Positions 44,714 through 53,712 of a stretch of 64,000 nt of DNA are shown in pieces. The position numbers and the translations under genes are program-made. The stretch comes from an uncultured Gemmataceae bacterium (GTDB lineage: Bacteria; Planctomycetota; Planctomycetia; Gemmatales; Gemmataceae): assembly GCA_963750165.1 (NCBI GenBank), contig CAVVPN010000010.1, forward strand, positions 128,001 to 192,000. Direction: 5' to 3'. The notes beneath the pieces were generated by a model. The model worked only from the letters and a program-made list of their open reading frames with translations, did no database searches and was not told the DNA's origin. The number at the start of each line of letters is the position of its first letter. Positions within the stretch are counted from its first letter, which is position 1.

Positions 44714-46108
44714 TTACCTCCCTCGCCCCTCAACCGCCCTGGCCGCGTTACTCGCCGTGCGCAGCGCGTATTTCTCCCCCTCTTCCTGCGCCTTGCCGCT
44801 TTCCTGCATCAGGCGGGCCGCGGTCTCCTCGACGCTCCATCCCCAATCGATCGCCAACACACAGAAGGTGAAATCCGCCTTGCTTCGGTCCGGCCGCCCT
44901 TCCTTCCAGGCCTTCGGGTGTTCCAGGCATTGCCGATAACTCGGCCAGCCGCAGGCGTCGAGTGGCCTGGGACGGGGAATCACAGTCGCGGTGAATTTCT
45001 CCTGTGGCGCGACCAGGCCGAGGGCGTCTAGTTCGGCCTGGGTCACCACCCTGCCCGGGCTTGTGGAAACCGTCTCGACGCGCGGGAACGCCGGCGTGTA
45101 CTTCTCCTTGAAATTCATGCTGCCGCTGACGCGCACGGCGCCCGATGCGGTCAGGTCGGCCCCTGCCCCTTTCCGCAACCGCCGGGCGAAATCGGCGTCT
45201 CCGTCGGCTACGGCAATCCAGGCCTGGAAGCTGCCGGGACTGGTGCGCAGCACCAGGAACGACACCGGCCGCAACCGCACCGCCCCGTCCTCGCCAAGGT
45301 CGTCGAGTTGGATCAGCGTGGCGCCGGCGGACCGCGGGCGCACGATGACGTTGTGCCGCCGTGCGGCGGCTTCCCGGAGGATGGCGGGCATGTCGGATCG
45401 CAGCTGGTCGAGCGGGCGGTTTCCTCGGAAGCCGACCTTCTCGCCGGCGGCATCGGTGAACGTCAGGTCAAACCGCCCGGCGCCGACGCTGGCGAAGGCG
45501 TCGAGCATCTCCCGCGCCAGCGCCCCGGCCCGTGTTTCTTCTTCTTCCGGTGACTGCGGCAATGGTTCGTGACCGATTCCGGCCGCCTGATCCTCCGCGG
45601 AACCGCAGGAGCGGCCGCCGCCGTCAGCGTCCCGGGGACTTGTATCGCTGACTGCAAGGCCCCACCAATCGAGGGTCGGCGACATACCGTGCTTTTCGCG
45701 GTATTCCTGGAGGATGAGCAGGAACTGCTCATGCAGCACGTCGCGGCTGTCTCCGCGAGCGGTGGGATCATACTCGGTGGATTTGTCGAGCGGGTACACC
45801 CAGGGTTTTCCCGGCTCATGCGACCGCCACGTCCAGCCGAGTTCCTTAAACTGGTCGGTCAGTTCACGGCCAGGGTCCGGGTCCACGCCCTCCGGCGCCG
45901 TGAACACCACCTGCACCTGGGCGAAGCGGCGGTCGCGGCGGAAGCGGGCATAACGGCCGTTGCCGATGTCGATGATGTCCTCGCTGATGACCTGGGGCAA
46001 GCGCCTGGTCCACCGGCGTCGGCGCGGCTGCACCGGCTCGCCGGTATCAGGCGGCGTCAGGTCATCGGCCTCCCCTTCCCCGGCCATCTCGGGCGCCGCG
46101 TCGTTCAC
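44714..46108 (-). CDS. RepB'-type (AEP) DNA primase with extra N-terminal domain
   Basis: LIQLDDL, RTSPGSFQAW, GAD...RVSG..NFK, C-terminal DRSKADF...Y..RT helical bundle. Confidence 0.78.
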   Translation of the reverse strand: MNDAAPEMAGEGEADDLTPPDTGEPVQPRRRRWTRRLPQVISEDIIDIGNGRYARFRRDRRFAQVQVVFTAPEGVDPDPGRELTDQFKELGWTWRSHEPGKPWVYPLDKSTEYDPTARGDSRDVLHEQFLLILQEYREKHGMSPTLDWWGLAVSDTSPRDADGGGRSCGSAEDQAAGIGHEPLPQSPEEEETRAGALAREMLDAFASVGAGRFDLTFTDAAGEKVGFRGNRPLDQLRSDMPAILREAAARRHNVIVRPRSAGATLIQLDDLGEDGAVRLRPVSFLVLRTSPGSFQAWIAVADGDADFARRLRKGAGADLTASGAVRVSGSMNFKEKYTPAFPRVETVSTSPGRVVTQAELDALGLVAPQEKFTATVIPRPRPLDACGWPSYRQCLEHPKAWKEGRPDRSKADFTFCVLAIDWGWSVEETAARLMQESGKAQEEGEKYALRTASNAARAVEGRGR

Positions 46109-46157
46109 GGGACGTCAGGATGCGACACCAGTGGGGAGGATTTCGTGTTGTGCGGGA

Positions 46158-46364
46158 TCACGGTTTCTTGCCCTTTGATAGCTTTTTCGGTTGGGTGGGG
46201 AGTGGGCCTGGCTCTTCGAGTGCCGGCAGCGCGGCCTCCGAAGGCGCGGGGGTGAGGTCCAGGAACTCAAGGTAGATGTCCTTGAAGACGGCCCCGGCTT
46301 CGGGGTGCAATGCTGCCAGCGGCGTTGACAGTTTTGGCGGCGCCAGGACCATTCTCGCAACCAT
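46158..46364 (-). CDS. Small hypothetical protein
   Basis: ORF between co-oriented genes; N-terminal part duplicated at 47077-47133. Confidence 0.3.
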   Translation of the reverse strand: MVARMVLAPPKLSTPLAALHPEAGAVFKDIYLEFLDLTPAPSEAALPALEEPGPLPTQPKKLSKGKKP

Positions 46365-46386
46365 GTCGCGAGTTCTGGCTGGTCAC

Positions 46387-46863
46387 TTACACGCCGAGGG
46401 AAAAGAAACTTTTCTGCTCCAACCCCCTCTCCTGGCGGATCAGGTTGGCGGCCTCGAAGGCCAATTGCTCGGCCTCGTCGCGGTACTGCCGCGCCGCGGC
46501 CGGGTTGATGCGCTTGTACCAGAGTTTGTTCTCGCCGTCGAAGCGGTAACCGTGCTCCTCCTTCAAAAGCCTGCGGACTTCCTCCTGCGGTTTCTCGTCG
46601 AACTGGATCGTCATGCGCCGGTTCGTCTGGTCTTCGCGGAGGTGGACGCCCGCCTCCACGTCGGTCCAGATGCCGACGATGCGCGTGCTCCAGGAGGCCC
46701 TGCCGTCCTGGGGCGCTTCGCCGACAGGCGTGGCTTCCGCGGCCGCGGCGGCGGTCGGCGGCGTTTCGTTGCCGCTCAGGCCCTCCGATGCCGGGTGATC
46801 CGTCTGGGGTTGTGCGAGGTTTTCCGCGTCCTGATCAGGTTGCGCTTTCTTCGGCCGTACCAT
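46387..46863 (-). CDS. Hypothetical plasmid protein
   Basis: GAGGAAGGA RBS; domain resembling the primase N-terminal extension. Confidence 0.6.
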   Translation of the reverse strand: MVRPKKAQPDQDAENLAQPQTDHPASEGLSGNETPPTAAAAAEATPVGEAPQDGRASWSTRIVGIWTDVEAGVHLREDQTNRRMTIQFDEKPQEEVRRLLKEEHGYRFDGENKLWYKRINPAAARQYRDEAEQLAFEAANLIRQERGLEQKSFFSLGV

Positions 46864-47699
46864 AAGCATTCCTTCCTCGGTTGTTGGTGGGAAGGCCGGT
46901 ATAGCGCGGCGGCGTGGTGAAGTAAAGGAGATGTTTGCGGCCGGCAAGTCAACATTCCCGCGCAGACACGCCTCGCTACGCTCGGACAGCATTTCCGAGC
47001 GTCCTGCCCCCAGCAGGACTCCTCGGTGCTGTCTGTGCAGAAATGCCCTCGGCCCGGCAAGCGCGGGTTCCTCGGACCGGCATCAGGGTGCAATTCTGCC
47101 AACGGTGTTGACAGTTTTGGCGGCGCCAGGACCGTCCGCTCAAACAGGCGCCGTCCTGCTGTCGCTACGAAGCAACCGAACGTTATCCCAGCCGCACCGG
47201 GCGTGGGGACCGGCGGCCGCGGCAACTCCCGGGGAGCCCGGCCGGCGGTGTCGGGGAGGTAACTGGTGCACGGGCCACCCAGGGCCGGCGAGCCGGTGGT
47301 GGCATCGCGCCACTGTGTGCCACAGGAATGCCCACCGAAGCGCGAAGGCGGCGCTGGGTAGGGTGGGAGTGCCCCCTACCCTCTTTGCTGTTCCTGGACC
47401 AATTCTGAAGGAATGGAAGGGGTCCCCGCCGCTACTTACCCTGGCGGCCGGTAAGTTGGCCAACTGAGTGGCCAACCGACTCGGCTCCTCTTCCTTTCCC
47501 TGCCGAGCCCGCGCCGCGTTAGCGGCGCCCCGCCCAGATGGGTTGCGCGGCGGCGTGAGCCGCGCTCATTTTTAGGCTTGCCAGAGGGGGTTGCAGGGGG
47601 AGATGAGCAAATCATCTCCCCCTTCCTAAACGATATTTGCAGTCCGCCAGGACTGCTCAGTCTCCATTTGCGTAGCAAATGGCTTCGTGTCAACGCAGG

Positions 47700-47969
47700 T
47701 TATCCACAGGTGGCGCCTGTGTGTTATAGATGAGTTAATTACTTGTGTTAAAGGGCCGAACTCGACGTGCAAGCCCTTGTAGAAGCTGGAACATTTCATA
47801 GCACTTCCGTGTAAATACACGAAAGGTTCTGGGCAAATGCACGATGGTTTTCGTGTAAAAGCACGATAACGGCTTGCGCCGTGTGATCGCACGAAACGGC
47901 CATTTTTCGGGTGAAAACACGATGCTTGACATTTCTGTGTGAAAGCACGAATATGGGTGAAAACACGAA
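47700..47969. promoter_or_regulatory. Plasmid replication origin: DnaA box, AT-rich segment and 7 iterons
   Basis: TTATCCACA at 47700-47708; YGKGTRAAARCACGAW-type repeats at 47808, 47830, 47852, 47880, 47908, 47936, 47954, directly upstream of repA. Confidence 0.82.
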
Positions 47970-47980
47970 ACGGCCGACCG

Positions 47981-49024
47981 ATGGACACCCCCCCGACGCG
48001 CTCCCCCCTCCTGCCCGAACGCCACCCGATCCAGGACTTCTTCATCTGCGACGTGGCCGACGCCATCCCCAAGGACGACATGGGCTCGATGGAGCACCCG
48101 ATCTTCTCCCTGGCCACCAAGCCCGACATGGGCGTCCGGGAGTACGAGCACAACGGCGTGCGCCTCGCCGTCCTGCCCAGCGTCCTGGGGCTGGCCACCA
48201 TCCACGACAAGGACATCCTCATCTACTGCATCAGCCAACTCGTCGCCAAGCTGAACGCCGGCGTGCCGCTGCAGCAGACGCTGCACCTCAAGGCCTACGA
48301 CCTGCTGGTGGCCACCAACCGCAACACCGACGGCCGCGGCTACGAGCAGCTGAAGGGCGCCCTGGACCGCCTGAGCGGCACCCGCATCCGCACCAACATC
48401 CGGACGGGGGACCAGGAGGTCACCGAGGGCTTCGGCCTGATCGACGGCTGGAAGATCGTCCGGCAGACGAACGGCGGCCGCATGACGGAGCTGCGCATCA
48501 CCCTCTCGGAGTGGGTCTTCAACGCCGTCACCGCCCGCGAGGTCCTGACGCTGCACCGCGACTACTTCCGGCTGCGCAAGCCCCTGGAGCGCCGCATGTA
48601 CGAGCTGGCCCGCAAGCACTGCGGCAAGCAGGACGAGTGGGCCATCTCCCTGGAACTGCTCAAGAAGAAGTGCGGCTCGGCCTCGGACGAGTACGAGTTC
48701 CGGCGGCTGGTCGGCATGATCTGCGACGAGGACGCGCGCCACCACCACATGCCGGATTACGCCGTCGCGTTTGACGGCGCCAACGTGCGGTTCGTGAACC
48801 GCAGCGCCCTGCGCCTCCTCCCCGCCCCGCCAGCGGCCTACCCCGTGCTCGACCCGGAAACCTACCACGACGCCAGGACCGTGGCCCCCGGCTATGACGT
48901 GTACTACTTGGAGCAGCAGTGGCGGTCCTTCTGGGTCGAGAGCGGCAGGCCGGAACTGACCAACCCGGACGCGGCCTTCCTCGGCTTCTGCAAGATCCGC
49001 CACGGCAAACAGCCAAACCCGTAA
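47981..49024 (+). CDS. repA: Plasmid replication initiator protein A (RPA family)
   Basis: LLPERHP..DFFICD...KDD..SMEHPIFSL, GLATIHDKDILIYCISQL, YFRLRKPLERRMYELARKHCG. Confidence 0.9.
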   Translation: MDTPPTRSPLLPERHPIQDFFICDVADAIPKDDMGSMEHPIFSLATKPDMGVREYEHNGVRLAVLPSVLGLATIHDKDILIYCISQLVAKLNAGVPLQQTLHLKAYDLLVATNRNTDGRGYEQLKGALDRLSGTRIRTNIRTGDQEVTEGFGLIDGWKIVRQTNGGRMTELRITLSEWVFNAVTAREVLTLHRDYFRLRKPLERRMYELARKHCGKQDEWAISLELLKKKCGSASDEYEFRRLVGMICDEDARHHHMPDYAVAFDGANVRFVNRSALRLLPAPPAAYPVLDPETYHDARTVAPGYDVYYLEQQWRSFWVESGRPELTNPDAAFLGFCKIRHGKQPNP

Positions 49025-49113
49025 GTGGCTTGCCTGTGGCGTAAGGAATTTGCCCGTCGTCCGCTCAAGGGGTGGGCGGAATTGGCGAAAACGGACCATG
49101 CTCCGCGAGTCCC

Positions 49114-49368
49114 TCAATCGGGTTTCGCCGCCTCTCCGGCCGGCGTCAACTCCCGCTCGATCAGGGCGCGGACCTTGTCCTGGATGGTCACGCCCTCGAC
49201 GACGCACCGGCCCTTGAACGCCGTGTGCAGCGGCGCCGGGAGGTTCAGGGTCAGCCGCTTCTGCGGCCCTCCTTCGCCTCGCACCCACTGGTCCGGAAGG
49301 GCCGGCAACTCCTCCTTGGCCGCCCGCGGCCGCACGCTGAAATCTACCGTCTTTTTCTTGCCCGTCAT
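49114..49368 (-). CDS. parG: ParG-like ribbon-helix-helix partition protein
   Basis: KRLTLNLPAPLHTAFKGRC...TIQDKVRALIEREL; overlaps the parA stop. Confidence 0.78.
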   Translation of the reverse strand: MTGKKKTVDFSVRPRAAKEELPALPDQWVRGEGGPQKRLTLNLPAPLHTAFKGRCVVEGVTIQDKVRALIERELTPAGEAAKPD

Positions 49369-49991
49369 GACGCCAGCTTCTGCACCTCCCTGGCCAGGGA
49401 TTGAATCTCCTTGCTCGCCGCGCTGTCCGCGTCGAGTTCCAGCACCGTGCGCCCGTGGGCGCTTTCGGCGAAGGCCACCCGCTGGCAGACGGTCGTCTGG
49501 AGCACCGGCTGCGGGTACTGCTTGAGGGCCTTGGCCACGTCGCGGCCGATGGCGGTGTTGGCGATCTTGCGGTTGATGACGAACGCCGCCCTGAGCTGGG
49601 GCTTGTAGGTGGCGCACTCCTGCAGCAGCTTGACCGTCTCCTCGGCCGCCCAAACATCGAACTGGCTGGGCAGGACCGGGATCAGGACGGCGTCGCTGGC
49701 CATGACGGCGCTTTTGGCCACCTCGTACACCCGCGGCGGGCCGTCAATGAGGACCACATCGAAGTCCCTGGCCATCTTGGCGAGTTCCAGGTGGAGGATG
49801 GGCTTGCTCATGCCGATGACGGCGAACGGCGTGTCCTGGCCGCGGGCGGCGACCCAGTCGAGGGCGGACCCCTGGGGGTCGGCGTCCACGACCAGCACGC
49901 GTAGTTTGCGGGCGGCGAGGGCGGCCGCCAGGTTGACCGATAAGGTCGTCTTGCCGACGCCGCCCTTCTGATTGATGACCGAGATAATCAA
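49365..49991 (-). CDS. parA: ParA (type Ib) partition ATPase
   Basis: NQKGGVGKTT, DADPQGS, IDGPP; TTG start. Confidence 0.92.
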   Translation of the reverse strand: MIISVINQKGGVGKTTLSVNLAAALAARKLRVLVVDADPQGSALDWVAARGQDTPFAVIGMSKPILHLELAKMARDFDVVLIDGPPRVYEVAKSAVMASDAVLIPVLPSQFDVWAAEETVKLLQECATYKPQLRAAFVINRKIANTAIGRDVAKALKQYPQPVLQTTVCQRVAFAESAHGRTVLELDADSAASKEIQSLAREVQKLAS

Positions 49992-50039
49992 GCACTGCCC
50001 TTTCGTTGCGTTGCACTGGCCGTTCCCTGGCGCGTCGGC

Positions 50040-50400
50040 AGTTTGCCGCTTTTCCGGGAAGGCGGAAAACCGCTTCCCCGCCGACCCGCCTTCCTGCATA
50101 AATGGTTTTGCGGCGATGTCAAGCAGGTTGTAACCGGGCGAAGCGGCAAAGCGTAAAGGCGGAAAGCCGCCGAAGCGTTTCGGCACTTCGGCGGGTAAGC
50201 GTGGTTGATGTTAAGCGTTCTGGCGCGTCGGCGGAAAAGCGTATTGCCGCCGACGCGCCGAAGAGGGAAAGCGGTGAGGCTGTTCGGCGTGGAGGCGGCA
50301 AACCGCTCAGGCGGCAACGCGCCGAAATACAGAGGCGGTAAGGCGACCTGGCGGAAAGGCGGCACTGTGGTAACGCGGCAACACTGCTATCCGCCGATGT
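50040..50400. repeat. Degenerate ~8-bp periodic GCGG(A/C)AA(A/G) repeats upstream of parA (centromere/operator candidate)
   Basis: e.g. AAGCGGCAAAGCGTAAAGGCGGAAAGCCGCCGAAGCG and many similar units. Confidence 0.55.
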
Positions 50401-50707
50401 GATTCCCCGCCAAGGCGTGTCCCCGCCGACACAGTTAAGCGGCTGACTGAATCCGGGGCTTTCCCGGGGAAATCCCCTTGGGTTGACACAGTCAAAGATT
50501 CCGAAGCGAAGCCTTCGGGAAGACGCCTGCCCTTCTACTGGCTTTACCACACCTGCGAGACTTCGTGCCCGCCAGCGTGTGCCCTGGGGGCGATTTGGGG
50601 GGTAGGGATGGGGGGCCGACCGAGGCATCCGTATCGGGACGATGGCATCCTTCAACCGCGGGAGAGGGGAGAGCGGAGCCTCCCACCAGGCAGGGCGGGA
50701 CCGCCCA

Positions 50708-51820
50708 TCAGTGGCCGGACATAGCCGGGGCTGAAGGCACGACTCCGGTGTTGGCGCGGCGGCGCACCCGCCGGATCGTCCGGCCGTTCACACCGGCCTG
50801 GAGGCTGATTTCGTCGGCCGGAAGCCGCTCCGCCTCGGCCGCGATCCACTTTACCGCCGCTTGCGTCAGGCGGAAAGCCGGGTGAATGCCTTCGGGCAGC
50901 GGGGCGAACGTGTGGCCGCAGGCCGTGCAGCGAAAGCGGCTGCGGGTCAGGGCCAGGCGGACAGGGCGGCCGTGTCGCGGATGGTCCCACACACGGGTCG
51001 TCCTGCCGCCGTGGCCGGCCAGCCGGGTGGCGTCCGGCGCAGGCCGCGCGCAGCCCGGGCAGCTGACGGGTTCGTGGCGGAACCGGGCATGCACCAGGTA
51101 GCCGCCGGTGCCGGAGGACACGCGCTCCACCGTCCACCCCGGTCGGGCAAGCAAGTGGTCTCCCAGGCCGCCGCGGAAGAAGTCAGGCGCCGCCGCCGCG
51201 AGCAAAGCATCGTCCGATTCCCCGTGCAACCGCTGAAGCCAGCCCAAAGCGAGGGGAATTCTTTGATCCGGCCAGCGGGAAAAGCCCGATCCGTCGATGC
51301 TGTCGCAGCCGAGTTGGTAAGCGTGTCGGAACCGTTTCCTGGTGTTGCACCTTCCGAAGTGCGACCATTTCCCGCGCTGCTTCGCCTCTCGTGCGACCGC
51401 GGCGGCGTGCGGACCGAGTTTCCACTCCGTGCTGCCGCCGATGAAGAGGGCGTCGAGGTCGTCCCAGGAAACGGCGAGGCGTTCGAGCCCGTCCTGGGCG
51501 ACGAGGGCGACGGGCAGGCCGAGGGCGCGGATCACCGGCGACCAGACGGCGAACCGCCGCAAGGTGGCCGCCGCGTCCCCGACAACATCGGGGCAGGCCA
51601 CGAACCGGCACCCCGGGTGGCCAGCGATCCGGCCGAGCATCCGGCAGAACCGGGCCGCGTCGAATCCGGTGAAGGCGGCGTTGTCCGCCGCCCAGGGAAC
51701 GCCGGCCGTCAGCAGCGGGTCCACGCGGTTGCCGGCCCCGGGCACGACCAGCGCCCCGAGGTAAGGCGAGCCGAGGTGGCGGCGCAGGGTGGCGGTGGCT
51801 CCAGAGACGAACAGGCGCAT
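50708..51820 (-). CDS. TGT/DpdA-like TIM-barrel transglycosylase fused to an ISL3-type Zn-ribbon/HTH
   Basis: Ordered motifs DNAAF, PDV, QDG, FIGG, HFGR, DSIDG; C-terminal CPGC...RVWDHP..GRPV.L...RFRCTACGHTF. Confidence 0.65.
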   Translation of the reverse strand: MRLFVSGATATLRRHLGSPYLGALVVPGAGNRVDPLLTAGVPWAADNAAFTGFDAARFCRMLGRIAGHPGCRFVACPDVVGDAAATLRRFAVWSPVIRALGLPVALVAQDGLERLAVSWDDLDALFIGGSTEWKLGPHAAAVAREAKQRGKWSHFGRCNTRKRFRHAYQLGCDSIDGSGFSRWPDQRIPLALGWLQRLHGESDDALLAAAAPDFFRGGLGDHLLARPGWTVERVSSGTGGYLVHARFRHEPVSCPGCARPAPDATRLAGHGGRTTRVWDHPRHGRPVRLALTRSRFRCTACGHTFAPLPEGIHPAFRLTQAAVKWIAAEAERLPADEISLQAGVNGRTIRRVRRRANTGVVPSAPAMSGH

Positions 51821-51941
51821 GGGGACGGGAGGAGTGACAAACCAGGTGGAAAATGCCACGCGGCGACAGACTTCGCAACCGGAAATGTCCACGCGCCGGC
51901 CGCCGTTGCGGCGATGGCGATGCGTTGCACGTGTTCGGTGG

Positions 51942-52154
51942 TTATGAGTACCTCCTGTTACTGTTGAACGCCGCAGCCCGCCACGCCTCCATGGCGCGCT
52001 GGTACGTCTCGCCGAGCGCCCGTATCTCCGCCGTCTGCCTGTCGGGCTGGTAGCGGTAGTCACCGGCCTTCCTGCCGTAAGCGCGCCTCAGCGCCTCACC
52101 GAAGCGCTGGTCGGCTTCCTGGGCGAGAAGGTAGAGGGTGAGTAAGCGAGTCAT
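51942..52154 (-). CDS. Small hypothetical protein
   Basis: RBS GAGGAGG; overlaps the upstream stop codon. Confidence 0.55.
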   Translation of the reverse strand: MTRLLTLYLLAQEADQRFGEALRRAYGRKAGDYRYQPDRQTAEIRALGETYQRAMEAWRAAAFNSNRRYS

Positions 52155-52399
52155 GGTGCTTCCTCCTCTGGGTTGCCGTGCTCGGCGTCGAAGTGCATCC
52201 TGGCGAGCCGCAGGGATTGATCGACGTAGGCTTCCGCCTCGCCGCCGTCCTCCGCTGCGTAATGCGCGGCCAGGTGCAGCAGGTCAGCGATCAGGTCGGT
52301 GATCTCGACCGTGCTGGCCTCGAAGTCCTCGCCCTTGGCCGAGACGTAGGCTTCCAGGGTTTCGGCCGCGCGAGCGGAACGGATCGTGTTGTTGGTCAT
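52151..52399 (-). CDS. Small acidic hypothetical protein
   Basis: RBS GGAGGA; N..R..RA...L...TDLIADLLH motif. Confidence 0.6.
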   Translation of the reverse strand: MTNNTIRSARAAETLEAYVSAKGEDFEASTVEITDLIADLLHLAAHYAAEDGGEAEAYVDQSLRLARMHFDAEHGNPEEEAP

Positions 52400-52935
52400 A
52401 CTGTCCTCCCGGTCGCTGCGGCGACGGCGTCTCGACAAGCGCGGGCGGCTTCGGCGAGGTCGCCCTGTTCCCAGCGGTCCACCACCATTCGGCAGGCGGC
52501 AAGGAGGGACGCCGCGGCGTCCCGGAGCCGGGCCGGTGCATCGAGGTGCCGCAACACGCCATCCTCCTCCGGGGTATCCACCCGCCATTCGTCCCAGTAA
52601 TAACCTTCATCGCATTCCTCGACGGGGGCGTCCGCAACGGCCTGGCGGGCTTTCGCCAGGGCCTCGTGCGGTGATTCCGCGTCCACCTCGCACCGGGCGA
52701 AGAAGGGGCGGTCACACCAGGCGGTGACGAGGTATGTGGTCGTGGTTCTCACGGCGGCGGCCATCACCTGCATCGCGGCAAGAGTCGGCGGCACCGGGTC
52801 GGTCCCCTCGGGCAGCCAGAAGTGGCGGCTCGTCACGAGGTCATCACCGTGGGCGTCACGGATGATGGCGATGTCCTCGGTGCCGTCGCGGTCGAAATGT
52901 AGCGACCAGGGCGTGTTGAGTTGAAGATGTGTCAT
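52396..52935 (-). CDS. Hypothetical protein
   Basis: RBS AAGGAG; translationally coupled within the operon. Confidence 0.6.
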   Translation of the reverse strand: MTHLQLNTPWSLHFDRDGTEDIAIIRDAHGDDLVTSRHFWLPEGTDPVPPTLAAMQVMAAAVRTTTTYLVTAWCDRPFFARCEVDAESPHEALAKARQAVADAPVEECDEGYYWDEWRVDTPEEDGVLRHLDAPARLRDAAASLLAACRMVVDRWEQGDLAEAARACRDAVAAATGRTV

Positions 52936-52949
52936 GATGGTCTCCTTTC

Positions 52950-53228
52950 TCAATAGTCCAGGGGGAGAAGAATCGTGGTCACGGAGCGGTCGGCTTCGGT
53001 GATGATCCAGAATCGCTGCACGCCGTTGCCGTAGGCCGACAGCAGGCGGCCGCCTTCCTTCAGCGAGCGGTTGTTTTCGTGAACGTCCTCCGCAGGAATG
53101 TCGCCCCAGTCGCCACGGGCGTGGCGGCTCAGGGCTTCGTGAATTGCCTTGCTGTCCAACTGGGAAGCGGCGTTGGCCGTGATGACGACCCGCCCGAGCG
53201 GGAAGGTGAATCGAACCGTCCTGGTCAT
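52950..53228 (-). CDS. Conserved plasmid-related protein
   Basis: FPLGRVVIT...RHARGDWG...N...G.RLLSAY...WIITEADRSVTTILLP.DY. Confidence 0.75.
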   Translation of the reverse strand: MTRTVRFTFPLGRVVITANAASQLDSKAIHEALSRHARGDWGDIPAEDVHENNRSLKEGGRLLSAYGNGVQRFWIITEADRSVTTILLPLDY

Positions 53229-53292
53229 AACAAACTCCTTGTTTTGGTGGTTGAAAAAAGCCGGCGGGCGAGGGTACCCGCCGGCATCCAAT

Positions 53293-53553
53293 TCAGGCGG
53301 CTGCCTGTTCGGACTGCTTGCGGGCCTTGCGGTCGGCTTCAAGCTGGTGCAGAACCCAGGTGTGGGCCAGGTCGAGCAGTTTCGCGGCCGGCAACAGGTC
53401 CTCGAAGCCCAGGTTGTCGGTCTCGCGCCAGCCCTCGTCGGCCTTGTAGCCGCGGGTGAGTTTGACGGAGTACCAGTTGCCCTTGTCGGAGAGGTTCCTC
53501 CAGACGGTGGCTTGCAGGCTGCCGATACGAAGTTTGTGTGCGGGTGATGACAT
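53293..53553 (-). CDS. Small putative ssDNA-binding protein
   Basis: P..K.RIG.LQATVWRN...YSVKL.R.YK...W..T...DL motif; RBS AAGGAG. Confidence 0.6.
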   Translation of the reverse strand: MSSPAHKLRIGSLQATVWRNLSDKGNWYSVKLTRGYKADEGWRETDNLGFEDLLPAAKLLDLAHTWVLHQLEADRKARKQSEQAAA

Positions 53554-53608
53554 GATGTTCTCCTTCTCGTTTGCAGGCCCGACCATCGGGCCTTTCGTGG
53601 ACGCGCCC

Positions 53609-53712
53609 GAACCCGGCTCAGGCCTCCGGAGCAAGCGGAAAATTGGAGGGGCCGCGCAGCGGAGGAACCGATTTTCTGCTTGGCGCAGCGCACGCCGGAG
53701 GACGCCGGGTTC
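53609..53712 (+). other. Branched stem-loop in the oriT-candidate intergenic region
   Basis: Nested pairings GAACCCGGC/GCCGGGTTC, CCTCCGG/CCGGAGG, AAGCGGAAAATTGG/CCGATTTTCTGCTT. Confidence 0.6.

Noticed and set aside
50708..51180. Intact ISL3 element
   Set aside because: Only the Zn-ribbon/HTH portion is present; no DDE domain or terminal inverted repeats seen.
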